Below the pieces are notes generated by a model. That model was not told where the DNA came from, ran no database searches, and saw only the letters and a program-made list of their open reading frames with translations. Below, in pieces: positions 22,696 through 36,240 of a stretch of 64,000 nucleotides of DNA. The stretch covers positions 1-64,000 of the forward strand of contig JAPEUD010000070.1 of NCBI GenBank assembly GCA_026026165.1. Reading direction: 5' to 3'. The translations under genes were made by a program, and so were the position numbers. This stretch comes from Sarea resinae. Taxonomy: Eukaryota. Every line of letters starts with the position of its first letter. Position 1 is the first letter of the stretch.

Positions 22696-23442
22696 ATGGC
22701 CTCACCTCACCTCCTCCGCGCCCGTCTCCAATTCCTGCACGACACCGCACACGTCCTCTTCGCCACCTCGCCGGCCATCTCCTCGCACCTCCTCGCGACC
22801 AGCACCTCGCTCGCGCTCGAGAACGACGTCAAGCTGCCCGACGCCCGCCGCCGCGACTTCTGCAATGGCTGCGGCAATATCATGATTCCGGGCTATTCGA
22901 GCCAAATCGCAACGGCTACGACGACGACTGCTGCCGCCGCCGGGCGGACCAGGGGGAGTCATGTTCGGAGGGGAAGAAGAGAGGGTCAGAGAAGGCCAAA
23001 GGGAAAGAGAGCAGAGAAGGAAACACAACATGCCCCTCACCAGCCGCGATCAGCTATCGAGCACAAACCTAACCACGCCAGGTCCGCGAAGGAGCTGATT
23101 CACACGTGCGACGTATGCGGCCGCAAGACGCGCCAGCCAATTCCACCGCCACCACCACCGCCGCTACGACGGAAAGCCAAACCCAAACCAAGGTCAGCAG
23201 CGCAATCTCAACCATCACGAGAAACGTCGGAGCCCGTCTCGACGTCCGCCAATCGCACACCGTCAGGAGAGTCAGAGAAGCCGGCCTCCATCAACGCGGG
23301 CAGCAAGAAGCGGGCCAAGGCGCGCAAACGTGGCGGCCTGCAGGCCTTGATCGCCAAGACCAAGACCGAGCAGAGCTCCCCCAGCGCCATCGGTGAAGCC
23401 GGCTTCGGATTGGATCTGATGGATCTAATGAAGAGCGGATGA
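22696..23442 (+). CDS. RPR2: RNase P Rpr2/Rpp21/Snm1-family zinc-binding subunit
   Basis: RLQFLHDTAH..RRDFCNGCG..IPG..HTCDVCG paired CxxC; basic tail KKRAKARK..GLQAL. Confidence 0.8.
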   Translation: MASPHLLRARLQFLHDTAHVLFATSPAISSHLLATSTSLALENDVKLPDARRRDFCNGCGNIMIPGYSSQIATATTTTAAAAGRTRGSHVRRGRREGQRRPKGKRAEKETQHAPHQPRSAIEHKPNHARSAKELIHTCDVCGRKTRQPIPPPPPPPLRRKAKPKPRSAAQSQPSRETSEPVSTSANRTPSGESEKPASINAGSKKRAKARKRGGLQALIAKTKTEQSSPSAIGEAGFGLDLMDLMKSG

Positions 23443-23815
23443 AAAGGAGCATCACCAATTATGATATACAGTATGAAATACCACGGCGTTTGCATTCTTG
23501 GGCAGTGACTGCAGTTCGACTGCGTGGCGGGGGCAATCATGATTGCATGCATTTGGAGTTTCGGTCATTCGGACAAGCTAGTCTCTGACATGGGCATTGG
23601 CGTTGGGGGGATTATATTATCCAAAGAATCCACATGCTCCCTCTGCCTTCGTCGATGATGAACATCAATCAATATACATATCGTTATCGCTGTACTCTAT
23701 TCGACTATACATTATCGTAAACAGACCGTGGTATCATCAAAAGCAAACCGCTCCTCCGGATATGGCCCTCCGGAAAAAATGCCTCCATGCAACGCCTCCG
23801 TGTTTGAAAGCAGGA

Positions 23816-26239
23816 TCACCGCTCATACCTTGGCAGACTCTCTCCCGTCGTCTGCTGCGCTCTCACCACAGCATGGTCCTGCAAGCTCGACCCATGGTCC
23901 AAAGCATAAGCATAGGAATCGTCTTCATCCAAAGCCGGAGCGGTAGGCTCTGCTGGTTCGTATGGGACCGTCGGTTCATCTCTCTCGCCGGACTCGTTTG
24001 CATCGCCGTCGTAGAGTCCCTCGGGAGCGCTGGCTTCCGTCTCAAGTCTTCGGCGCTCGAGTTCATGTTTATCGTCCATTGGGATCCCATCTCTTTGGTG
24101 ATCCGTCTCACGCGCGGTGTCTCGAGAGCCGGGTGGAACGTCGGAATCCGACATTGGAACAATGGTGTCGGTGGACGGGGCCGACGGCTCAGCATAATTA
24201 GGAGCATAGTAGTTCGAAGGGCCGGAATAGAGGTCATATCCATCAACGACATCGGGTGCTGAAGGCTCGTTGCTAGATGTATGAAACGAGCCGTCCTCGC
24301 CATCCAGCAGTGGAGGCTGACTTGGCAGTAACCTTTCTTCAGCCCTTCGCATACGCGTCTTTTCGTCACCTTCGTCGTCAGGAAATGCTGCTGGAGGAAC
24401 CGGTTCCGGGACATTCTGGTACCCGTAGGGGCCCGTGTGTTCTCCACCGTAATCCTGACCCTGTTGGCTCGAGTCATAACCATATGCCCAGGTTTGGTCA
24501 TCATTGGTATCATAATCATCGTAGTAGTTATGATCGTCGACGCCAATACTGTGCACTTCACCGTCGCCGTCGCTGTATGACTGTGTCCTACTTTGAGCGT
24601 TGTCGTATGCTCTCCGTCGGAATCGGTCGCTGTCTTTTGTGCCAACGACCATCTCAAACAAGCACGCGGCAACGCTCTTCTCACGTCGGATCGCCACCGT
24701 ATCGACTACAGCCCCACTCCAAGCTGTATTCGCACCTTCCTCGCCGTTTCCGGGCATGGTAGGGACTTTGCTGATGGATGGCATCATAGTCAGCATACCC
24801 AGACGTGGAAGAAATCTGTCGGATCCAGCTAATTTCCCACCCAAGTCGAGGACAACCTCGACGTAGTACTTGAAGCTGATCATTGCGCCCGGTACATTAG
24901 AAATTGTAGGGAAGACGTCGTCCGGCACTTTGACCGATGTTTTTATGACAGCGGTCAATGATCGCGGATCGATCATCAAGGGTGCAAAGGACTGCGACAG
25001 ATCTTTCCGAAACATGCTGCTCGAACCTGCTGCAGACAGTGATAGGCCTCCTAGACCGACCTTCGATTTCGGGTAAATCTCTTCGTTGTTCGCCTTCTCT
25101 TTACCGCTCTTGCCTTGTGGGCCAATGGGAATTCCGGGCTGAAAGTCTATACGGCCTTGACGGTAAAAGGTTACGATCACGCCTTGCAAGCTCTTGATAG
25201 GTTTCGTGTGACTGATGGAGACCTGAAGCGGGATACTGTCACCTGGAAGACATCCCGCCTTTAGTAATTCGACGGTGGCGGTGATGGTCTTGTCCGCAAA
25301 CGAGGTGGTGCTACTACTCTTGCCGCTCCTCTCCGAAGGCAAAACCGGTCCCAGTCTGAAGCTTCGGGTACTGTTGCTGATGGCACTTTCGGAGCTCATC
25401 TCGCTAGACGTTGGGCTACGGGGAGGCTCTTCGGGCCTTGATCCCTGTGTGCGAGTTTCAAGAGACGTTGATCGTTCAAGCCCGGGAGAATTGGAATGTT
25501 TTCTTCGGTCTTCGAGAGCCGCATTCTTCCGAAGATTGGCCTTGGATTTTGACCTCTTCGAGACCGGTTCCAGTGAGATTACCCGGGGTTTGGGGGCCGG
25601 CAGAGTGGCAATGTCTGTCACTTGAACCAGATTGAACTTTCGATCGCAGGAGGTAACGGGGGATATGGTTGTCGGACGAGTAAGGGTGGCCGTGATCTTG
25701 TACGAAATCGTCCCTCGCTCAAACTATGTGCATATCAGCAAAGAGAGCGGATTGTTCGCAGCACAACGGGTACGCACATCGATGCTCGTTGGGAGACCCT
25801 TGCCTGGAAACTCCATATCGAATCGAAATTCGTAAACGCCAGCCTCTAGCCTCCCATCGCCGCATAATGTAATCTCGTCTTCAAATAGAGATGCGAATCC
25901 GTTTCCAAAGTATTCCCCACCTCTTTTTCCTCGGCCCACACCAAGGAAGCCCCCATCGCTTCCAGCACCATCGCCTGGGTTCCGGAAGACTTTGACGAAA
26001 CCATGCAGGCAAACGATGAGATGAGTGACCCGTATCGGTTTGACGACTGTCAAGACGACGGCTCCTGAGATCACATCGCCGGGAGAATATCGTCGATGCG
26101 GCTCGTCTGGCCTAATATAGAACTCAGATACTGTTCGGGCCTTTGGGGCAAACGGAGAGGTCAGCCGCGAGAGGAATGATCGGCCGGAGGATGCATTGGT
26201 GGTTGGCGGGGCTGGATCCAAGGCGCTTCCGGGCATCAT
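23816..26239 (-). CDS. palF: pH-response arrestin PalF/Rim8
   Basis: Arrestin N-domain (HLIVCLHGFVKV, EYFGNGFASLFEDE, LPTSID|FERGTISY; intron 25724-25777); FRKDLSQ, YYVEVVLDL; acidic tail with PSAP/PTAP motifs and terminal LPRYE. Confidence 0.93.
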
Positions 26240-28374
26240 TCAGAGGACACCGGACACAAGCATGTTATCCAAGACCCTTCTTTGACCAGTCGCAACTCAA
26301 TGTTCCGAAGCCCGTCGTCTACCGCCCGGTGATTTGACTTGCGAACCGAATCCTGTAGATCAGTGCGTGATGTCGTGTACTTCTCGACCCAAAGTTCTTC
26401 CGGTAGTATTCTCAGACAGAGTGAGAAGTGCAGCGATATCAGAGCATCTAATGGTTTGCTAAAAAGGGAGGTCTGCGGCTGAACTTCAAGGCCGACGTCG
26501 GATGATGCAGAAGGTTCGCGCTGGGGGAAGGGGGGGTGGGTATGTCTGCAGGAAATCGGCCAGGCTAGACGGTCAGTCAACACAGTCTGTAGAGTTCGAG
26601 ACCCTAACCAGCGTCGTTTGAGTCGGAATATGGGTGTCAAGGAGACCGCAGAAGATCGGTGAAAGAGGGCAGGGGTTCAAGAACACAAGGTGCCGCCGCA
26701 AGATAGGGCAGTCATCCCCAGAGTTGGCATGCGGCACACGGCGCCGACGGGTCAGTTAGCGCCTCGACCAATTGACGCCATGCTCATCCAGGGCGACCGG
26801 CCGTCCAGGTATCACCGAGAATGCATCCGGGGATGAGGGAAGCAGGAAATGAGGGAAATGGCAGGAATGGGATCGAGAGGAAATGATGCACATACATATC
26901 AGAAGACACGGCTCTGGTAATGATGCCCCTCACCACGAACTCGTCTTGTTGTTTATCTCGTGCGATACCTGCCAAGCAATGGATGCCTTAACGATCAGCC
27001 ACCAGAGGCAAAGGGGGGGGACCAGCGGCAGGCAGGTCTTGGGGGGGGAAGGGGGGGGGGGACGGGCGCTCGGAAGAGATGAGTACCGACCGGTGGGTGA
27101 CGGTCAGTATGGTACCGTCAGTACCGGCGGCGGGGGACGGGCACGGAGGGGGCCCCAGCTAGGAGCAGAGCCAGATGCGGATAGTCAGGATCGTAGTACC
27201 TCGTAGTAGTCAGTAGTCCGGTTGTGAGAGGGTTTTCGCGTGGCCTCCCGATGGTCGCAAATCTTGGCAAGGCTTGATCATCAATCAATGCATCTGATAC
27301 GCAGAGCAAGGACGTCAAGATGATGCAGCACGGCCGGGTAGGTCAGGTAGGCAGATTGCAATCTCTGATGGCGCGAGTGCAGAACCAACGATGGGGGCGA
27401 GGGGAGAAGGTCAAGGTCGACACGCGTGAGCTCGGGAATAGAGAGGAAGCAATTGCACATGGAGATGAAAAGGAAAAAGGGAAAAGAGAAAACATTTACC
27501 GTAGAGCATCGCCTTGGAGGCACCACGGATCCATACGCCATACGTGAGATGTGCCTGATTACATACCTTTGTGCGGTACCTCCTCATTGGGTAGAGTACG
27601 AGTACTCGTAGCATGGGGGGAGCAGCAAAGTATCTCGCGGCGGTGATTCGCGGAATCTGCCTGCAAATCGCTACGCACGGCTCGAGCCGGGTACTTGGCA
27701 TCTCGACGCTGGGTACTATGAGGATGAAGTACGGAGTACAACTCCGTACATGGAAGAATCCAGATCCGAGCGTCCGAGGACCCCTCGGACCCGCCTTGGG
27801 CCACTCTAACGCAGTACAGAGTACGACAGTAGATAGAGGTATGGATGCAAGGTAAGGTAGACCTAATACTGAAGTCCGGTCCTTCTATGCCCGGGCGTCA
27901 AGTTCACACTAGAAATCTTCGCCCAGTGTAGCACGAGGATGGTGCAATTGCGCGCGAGGTTGCTGTTGATGTGATGTGCCAGACGCACCAGCTCAAGCAA
28001 ACTTTTTCACGCCTGAAGAGCAAGTGAGCCGCGTAAGGTACCTAGGGATTCCTTCGTACTCTGCAGTCTTCGGCCGCGCTGTAGAGATAGATAATTGCAA
28101 CTCAGCGGATCTGAACAGCAGAGCCGCCTAGAGATCAAGCGTGCAAGGACGCGTCAGTGGGCTTCGTCATCGAAAGGGGAAATCAGGAGTCTGTCCCAGG
28201 GATCTGGACGTACAGATGCGGACTCGACGACAAGCTTTGCCAAGCAATGCAATTTCCTTGGCTTGCGGTCGGAAGACTTAGTCATCCCGTCTGACGCATC
28301 ACATTGGGCTCATGATGAAGGGTGAGATGCCAGTGACTTACTGACATCGCGGACGGCTACATTGGAGATCATGG

Positions 28375-29080
28375 CTAGAGGTCTTTGAGACCCTCTCCTT
28401 CTTGATAGTCGTCGCCATACAGCTCCCGCCTCAGGTTGTCCAGCCCTTCCTGGTTTCCCGGGTCGAGCTCGCGGTAATAGGCTTCGAGTATGTAAATGTT
28501 GTCCGTCCATCTCTCCGCGTTGGCCATGTATTCCTCGGTTTCCTCTTTCTTCCTGTGAATCTCTGTAGGGTCATCCTCGCTGTAGCTGAGCATTTCTGCT
28601 CTCAATTGTTCCAATTCCGTCTGGAGCTCGGCTTGGGCCTTTGAAAGGCGCGTTCGGTCGTATGCATCGGGTCCGCCATCGTCTTCTTCTCGTGCCGCGC
28701 CTGCTGCTTCGATCCCGCCCTTCAAGTCCGCCACCGAAGCAAGCGTCCTGTCCCGTTCGTGAACTGCCTTGTCCAAGATGGCCTGTTTATTCTGTCTCTC
28801 TTCACTTGGGAAACTCCAATACCAATTACCGCTGCCGATCTTCTCGACTCGAATCTTCCCTTCGTCAGATAGAGCTTGAAGATAGTCTTTTGTCTGCATC
28901 GAGTTGATTGAGGCGACTTGAGGGAGAACCTTCTCTAGGTCTTTGATGCTGTGTGCCGTGCCCGACCGATGAAACCATGACAGGATCATAGCCTGCTTAG
29001 CAGCGGGCGGAAGATTCTTGGGTGCCTGTATGCTGTATCAGCTTCACGCGGAGAAAGAGCATGATTCACTCGTATACCAT
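28375..29080 (-). CDS. MND1: Meiotic nuclear division protein 1
   Basis: ATG-only first exon, intron 29026-29077; IKDLEK..KDYLQALSDEGKIRVEKIGSGNWYWSF, coiled coil, RWTDNIYIL. Confidence 0.93.
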
Positions 29081-31542
29081 CGCTGGCCCTGACCGCAAAT
29101 GCAAATGCCCTGATTGAGCGATAATCGAAGCGGCCCTGATACCGGCACGATTGCTTCAGGCCAGCAGAGTCATTCGAAACAATTCAAAGAGTTCATCCAG
29201 ACAAAGAGACAACTTGCATCGTGAAAGGCTAACGTTTGCCTATCATTCGAGACGACAGCTTGTGGGTAGTCTCAGACAGTGTAGACCAAACGTAGGCTCA
29301 GATGTCACGCCGGATTGTCGGATGGAACAGATAGGGTTTTCATGACCGATCTATTTCGAGAGCATCTATAGCGATTTGTATCTAGCGGGCACATTGACCA
29401 CGAGTCCTTGACTCAGGGACGGTCGTTGATGGTTCATAGATGTCTCGAACGTCAATAGCTCTGCATGTTTGAACATTCATCTGATGGCATATTTGATGAT
29501 GGTGCTTCATGTCTGGCATTACACGATTCGGAGACGAATACTGGCCAACAGAGCGGACGACTGAGTCTCCAAGACAAGAGAAAGACCTTCGACTTGTTTG
29601 AGCCCCATCTATGTTTCAATATGGTCTGTTCGGTCATCTGAAACTCATGTCTGGACGGCGGCCATCTCGAAATGTCGAACATCACAGACGACTCCCTTCC
29701 GGAGGCCTGATACATTTGCCAGATGCCATTCAATACGCTGACTCAATACATCGATTGCTACAGGCGGGAGCTGGTATCATTGGTTCTCGATCTCCAAAGA
29801 CCAAAGCAGAGACCAGAGACCACAAGCCAAGCAAGCATGCGACGGTTTGCAGAATCATATCGATCAGATGGAAGGATAAGATATGAACAGCATCTACGAC
29901 AGTTGACGCCGAGGGAGTCGTGAACTTCGCATAACCATTGGAGGACGGCAAACGAGAGGCGTCGACCAACGCCACTCGCCAAAACTGGTCGACAGAGGAA
30001 GAGCGCGGAGGCGCGCGCACTTTGCAGTCTCAATGGTTGGTCCAGCGTACGACGCAGCTACAGCCAGTCATGAGCATCGTCGCCTTGGAGAGCATAACAC
30101 GATGCGTTTTGAGGATGTTTACCTGAGAGGCGCCGGTCGAGAAGCCGCGCGCAAAGGCGTTGGCGGAACAACAATTGCTAAATGAGTCGAGCCGGTCAAC
30201 AAACTGACGGAGCGAGCATGCTGCTGCCGTTTGGGAAGGCTGGGAGCTCGAAACGGAACAGAAGCGGACGGATACAGTAATAGATTCAAGCAGAATTATC
30301 GTCACCTTCAGCGGGTACGATTCCAAGATAAAAGGCGAAGCAAATCCAGCGGTGGAATTGAATCCCCAGACCGTCTTGATTCATCCGCATTCGCATCAGC
30401 TTTTACTTCATTTCTTCTCGATCGAGCAACTGGCTTGCTCCTCGTGACTCTCCTCCCTCTCTGCACGAGAACGTCCGTTTCAGATCCTTCCATAGGCATT
30501 ATTCTCCTCAGCCCGCTGCAAGTTTGACGATTCTCGACGCCGGCCGCAGGGACATCGACACCTGCACCCACATCGTGGTACTAAGGAGACCAACAAAGTC
30601 CCCGATTGCCCGGAGCACCACCATCGCACCATCGCACCACCAAGTCACCGAGGCCTCCGGCAGGTCGACCGCTCAGTAGCTTCTACCTTGCCCCTCGCCC
30701 CGTGAAGCCGCTGCTCACTTGTCCTCGCGACCCGCATCACCTTACGAGAACAGGTACTCGGACTCGTCGTTCATCCTAGTCGATAACTGCATTATCAGCA
30801 CAGTAGTGACTGAGGAGTCTCTGTTTCGGTTTCGGACCCTGGTCGTTTCTATACTTGGCCGCAGTCGTCGCATTGCAGGTTGCAGGGCCGGCCGGACCAA
30901 CCAGAGCGCGAGTGTGCTCGATTAGATTGTCGACCTTTTTCTATTCTCAGCTGGTGCCAGGTGTGCCAGCCTGCCAAGCCTGCGACGCCTGTGCGGTCGA
31001 CGAGGCCAGCGCACGAATCACGTTCGCCCCAGGCTCTCTCCGCAATTCTGCCCCCTGCCAACTTCTCTCGTTTCCGTGTGGTTTCCGCGTCCGTCACCGC
31101 CAGCGCCAGCGCTTCAGCAACTCGACGCCTGCAGACGTGCCCCACCTAGACTATTTTCGGCAAGTACGCTGCTCGCCGTAGGCAGCTTTGCATCACCCAT
31201 CCACCCCCAACGCGCCGCTGTAACCACCATTTTTGTCCCCTCCGTGACCTACAGGCCGCTGGACAGCCTGCTGCAGCGTGTGCGCACCTCGCACCTCTAC
31301 GCGCCCACCTCTGGAAATTTATACATAGCTCATCCTAATCCGGATCACACCCAGGGCATTACGCCGCCTTACGATCCTTCTTGCCTGAATATATACCTTC
31401 GTCTCCCTTCCGCACTTTCGCTCTTTTCTTCTCCCTTCCTCACGGCTCATCCGGGCTTGTAGGCTTTCCAGCGGATCAACAAACCCGAGTCATTCATTTG
31501 AAGCTTCGGTCGTTCGCTTCCCCGGGCCTCATCCATTCCGCC

Positions 31543-32172
31543 ATGCCTTCAAGCAAGCCGACGTTGGGTCCGCTCAAGACGCCCAAGTCGGCGCCATTGC
31601 CATCAGAACTTCCAAGGAGCCCTCTGCACGCGTTTACCGGCTTCATCAAGACTGAAGATGGCATCAAAACACCCATTACTCCTCCCACCGCATACTTGGA
31701 CTTTCTCAAGGCTCTTTCGCCTGCCATCTCGAGCCCTTCCAGCAGTGAGAAGTCCAACGATAAGTCTGGCAAGTCAACACCGACTTCGCAACCCTCGAGT
31801 GCCAGCAGTACCTGCTCCTGCAACTGTGAGGCACACAAGTCACCCAAGATCATCATACCTCCTTCGCCACACGCGCGTCCCATGTCTGCTCGTCCCATGT
31901 CAGCAAAGACTCCTACCCATCTGCGACGTCTACGAATCCCCCAGTCACCTATCTCGCCAGGCGTCGACTCTCCACTGAGTACAACATCCATGGTCTTCAG
32001 CGCGCGGTCACCACAGGACTGGGACCTAGATGGAAAATCGAGATATTTCGATGACATACGCATGGGCACCACTCGGCCTGTCAGTGTCCGCCAAGTCGTG
32101 ACCCGCACCGTCACATATACCCGCACGCCTCTCGAGCCTGCCCCCAAGGGCAAACGAAGAAAAGTCGAGTAG
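31543..32172 (+). CDS. Conserved S/P/T-rich fungal hypothetical protein with C-terminal basic NLS-like motif
   Basis: GCCATG start; KTPITPPTAYLDFLK, many SP/TP sites, VRQVVTRTVTY..PAPKGKRRK. Confidence 0.75.
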   Translation: MPSSKPTLGPLKTPKSAPLPSELPRSPLHAFTGFIKTEDGIKTPITPPTAYLDFLKALSPAISSPSSSEKSNDKSGKSTPTSQPSSASSTCSCNCEAHKSPKIIIPPSPHARPMSARPMSAKTPTHLRRLRIPQSPISPGVDSPLSTTSMVFSARSPQDWDLDGKSRYFDDIRMGTTRPVSVRQVVTRTVTYTRTPLEPAPKGKRRKVE

Positions 32173-33254
32173 CGTTGCGCCTCGTTACCCCAACCAGTAT
32201 CTTCGAAATAATTACCATCGGCCTCTCTTCCTTCGCCATCATGCTCACCACTCGACATACCGCTGGCGGAAAGCCTTTGTCAGAAGGTGGTCAGCCAGCC
32301 GGCCGCCTGACTAGCTAGTCACAAGTGCCAGAGGTCCCAAGTGGCTCATTGCGGACGACTTGGACTTGGTTGTCACCTCACTTCACCTCAACACTATATC
32401 CCATTGTCCCCTTTGGCGGTCCGGAGACACCCTGCTCTCGTTCGCTCGTATCTAGGGAAGGCATAGAATGCCCCATGCTTTTATTCTGCCCTCTGCTTTT
32501 ATTCACTTCTACGACTCGGAGCATAGGAGTCTTCGATTGTTCGCGCGCTGGCGTACGTCTCTATCCCAACCAGGATTCAGCGACTCAGATCTCATCCTCT
32601 TCTTTCTTTCGTTTTCTCTGGTTTCTTGAGTGATTTTTTGGGTGTCTGAAAGGGCGAGGTGTTTTTGGAGTCGAGGAGCTGGTGCTGGGATTCAGAGAAA
32701 GCACGCAGCTAGGGGATCTACTGGACAGCCACTGTTTCTTTTCTATTTCTCTCTAACGAGTCTATGAGTCTATAACTCTATCTCCATCCTTCTATCTCTC
32801 TCAAGTTTTCGTTCCTATCTCGATCTCTCTCCTTCTGCTTCTCCATTCCATTTCGCCAATTTTTCTCGTATTTCGACGTCCGTCCCCCGCGCGAATGCCC
32901 CTTTCATCAGAATCCCCTCCCTTTTCCTTCTCTCCCTCTACCGAGATATATACCAAAATCATCTCCTTTTCCAACGATTCTACCCCTACCGCGCTGTTGC
33001 GCGCGCCGCTCTCGGCATATGCAGCATCGACTGTTGCAGCCGCATCCATTATCATCATCATCATCATCGCATGGACAGGACAGGACGGAAAGTAGATCAA
33101 TTACCATACCATATTCAATTTCCAAGACCCAAAAATAAGCAAAATAATCAGAATCACAAGAGAAACTCCACTGTGTCTGCATATCTGTCTGCATCTTCGA
33201 GCCGTAAAGCAGCAACACTAATCCCAATTCGAGGGGCATCGAGCCCCTCGATCT

Positions 33255-33766
33255 CTACGCTAGGTGAGCTGTGGAGCCAAGCATCAACATGGACAATTTA
33301 GAGTCCTAGGTGACCTGTGGAGTCCAACCTCGACATTCAGCCAGCATCCTCGATGACCGGTGGAGTCTCAAACCTAGCTAGCATCCTCAGTGACCGGTGG
33401 ACCACCGCACCGTTCCCGTCCCCCAGCCCAAACATGCAGCACTTACCTGCCAAACCAGCCCATCATCCTCGATCAGTTACAGTGCAATGCAGTGCAGAGG
33501 AGTGTCGTGCCCGCATGCATGCTAGGTGAATTGTAAATCTCACAGCCATCAATCAATCTTTTTGATATCCCTCCCTCCCTCCCCTTTGATACAAGAGGCC
33601 ATTTCCGCGGCGATCATTTCCCGTTCCTTGGGGGGGTTTCGTTGCTCGGGCTACTCTATGCTAGGTGAGCAGTGGAGCTCTATGCTAGGTGACGGGTGGA
33701 GATCTGCATCCTCGGTGAGCAGTGGAGATCTGCATCCTCGGTCACCAATGGAGATCTATGTTAGGT
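33255..33766. repeat. Degenerate 24-26 bp minisatellite plus dispersed copies
   Basis: Tandem units at 33654-33766 (CTCTATGCTAGGTGAGCAGTGGAG / ATCTGCATCCTCGGTGAGCAGTGGAG); related copies near 33255, 33306, 33344, 33381, 33515. Confidence 0.85.
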
Positions 33767-36240
33767 ATCTAGAGGGGCGACCAGTCGAATCACGGCCGCC
33801 TGCACCCCAAGCCCAAGGTAGGAGGCAGAGAGTGAGGGGAAAAGGGTCTGTAGAGCCAATACCTCACCCATGAGCGATATACGAGGACGTCTCTTTTCTC
33901 TTTTCTCTTCTCTGATATTGGAGTCTTACCCACCTACCTTACTTGATACTTCCGGCACACATACCTCGATCAGGTCAATCCGTCGGGTCTACTTGGTAGT
34001 GTGCTAGATGACTGAGTGACTGACTACCTGGACCTCCTTCCTCCCCGGCCGGTGCACACTCACTCTATCGCGCACGAGTCTTTCTTCGTTCTGAGTCGAT
34101 TCCTGGGGTCTGTTGATTGCTTCGGCTTCTCTCTGCTTCCCTGGAGAATACGAGCTGGACGGCGCGTAGAGAGAGCCGGAAAGCGGCGGCAGCTGGGATG
34201 CACTCCACGGCTACCTGGGCCACTTGCCTACCTCTCTCTACTCCCTGACCTACTTCTACCCCTTGACCCGACCTCCCTCTGTCCTGGCCTACCTGGCCTA
34301 CCTACCTGAGCTGAGCTGAGCTGACCTTACACGACCTTGCCTACTTACCTAGCACTGCACCGTGCTGCACTGCAGTGCACTGCACTCCAACTCTATCTGG
34401 GCGATCACCATCGGTATGAGTACTGTGTCCCGCATGGCATGGCATGGCCTGGCTCGGCCTGGCTTGGCTCGACCAGACTCGACATTCCCCAATATCGAGC
34501 ATTGTCTGCTCAGCTTGGTCTGGCACGTATCCATGCACTCCCCTCTATCCTCGGACACAGGGGACCGGTACTGCTCACGTAGGTAGCGACCAAAAGCCAG
34601 AAAGCTCTGTTCCTTTTTTTCACGGTATCTCGTACGCTACTCGATCTACCTACCTATGGTCTGTTGACAAACATCAGAGCAGCGCCAAGCAGAGTAGGAA
34701 ACAAACCATGACAGAACAAGCATCCCTGCGCCCCCGAATTCATGCATTCGATGCAGTTAGAGATGCCATGGTTTTCATCCGGGGACGGGGGGTTTTTTGG
34801 TGCTGTGGTTGGTGGTGAGGCGGTTGGCCAATCGCTTGACCGTGTTAAGCGCCTGGTGCGTGGGCGAATGGGGAACGGGCTGTACGCGCGCCCGCTAAGG
34901 CGGCAGGCGAACAGGGGGTTTGGACACCCAGACTAGGGGGTAAGGGAGGATAGGGTAGGGCAGGAAAGCGAGAGAGCTTATTTGGTACCAGGGGAGGGGG
35001 CGGTGGCCTGTACGAAGACCGAAGACTGCGGAGGGAGGTGGTGTCTGGGCCTGGGCGGTGCTTGTGGGTTGTAGGAGGAGCCATCGATCTTGAAGGTCGT
35101 TTGAGAGGTCAAGGGACATTCAGTACAGCGGATGGCGATACGTTGCCAATAGTGCGGGAGTTGTTCACATGAGAACCGACTACACGGACTCTCTGATCAC
35201 GAGAGCGGAGTCAAAGAAAGGGGTGAGTGAGGTGGTGTATACTAGCCCACGGGATGAGAGGTTAAAACACACCTCTTCATCCTGAGCAAGGAACCACCAG
35301 CCGCGACGATCGGCATCGCGATGCTTACATACCTACGCACTTATCAGATAATCGCAACAGGTAAATACGTTCGACGGGCGACGCAGGTCTGGCGTCAGCT
35401 TCCAAAAACTCCAAACTATATACGCGATGCCGTGAAGCAGACAACAACATTTCAACAGCATTGACACAGTTGCTACTACCATGGCCTCCATGCTCCAAAC
35501 AAGTTGGCAGCGCCATGCAAACAGCTCCGTCGCCGTGTCCGCGCACGCGCTTCCTTTCCTCCCCGCGGCTCTGAAATCGTCAATGCCACGAGGATGTTCG
35601 GAGAAGAGATACTAGGAGGATCCACAGACAGGCCGATGCGATACTATCCTGTTCTTCGTTAGTGATGTCTTGTCTTCCGAGTCGCTGATCATACTAGGTA
35701 GGTAGGCAAAACAAGGACCTGGCAATACATAGATCCACCGTATGGCTCGCTCATCCATCCATCCCGCCATACGGGAACACCGACATGCCAGTACAGCACA
35801 GCCGTCCATACGGTTTGAACAGCTATGAATATCATCGGGAAGTAGTAAATCTTGATTAGGTACACAAAGTGATGTAATATAACAAGTCTTAGCTCTCGAG
35901 TGATCGAAACCCCACACAAAAAGGGAAATCAAGTACACATGTGACCAAGGAGAAGCAAACTTTCTAGAAAAGTAAACACGGCAAATGCGGTAACATTCCA
36001 CGTGAGCAGCTTATCGCATGTGTATCCCAGGGATATTTCACCCCCGCTCCCTACCCATAAAACAAAACAGAAATGGAAAAAGAAAATTAGGAAGAGGAAT
36101 GGGAAAACATGTCATGAACGCCAAAGAAAAAACCCCTAGTAAGCTTTCGGAAAGGGGAAAAGAAAAGGAAAGGAGATGGAGGTTAGCGGGTGTGGGAATT
36201 GGTGGGGCGAGAGAGACACAGAGAGAGAAAGAGAGTTGCT

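Noticed and set aside
23597..24684. 221 aa and 273 aa ORFs over the palF 3' end
   Set aside because: Alternative-frame or antisense shadows with no motifs
26585..26612. GTTCGAGAC T-loop-like word and CCCTAACC telomere-like word
   Set aside because: No cloverleaf, and only a single telomeric unit
31494..32258. 254 aa antisense ORF
   Set aside because: Antisense shadow of the 31543 gene
33255..33766. CRISPR-like appearance of spaced repeats
   Set aside because: Eukaryotic context, degenerate units, irregular or absent spacers, no cas genes
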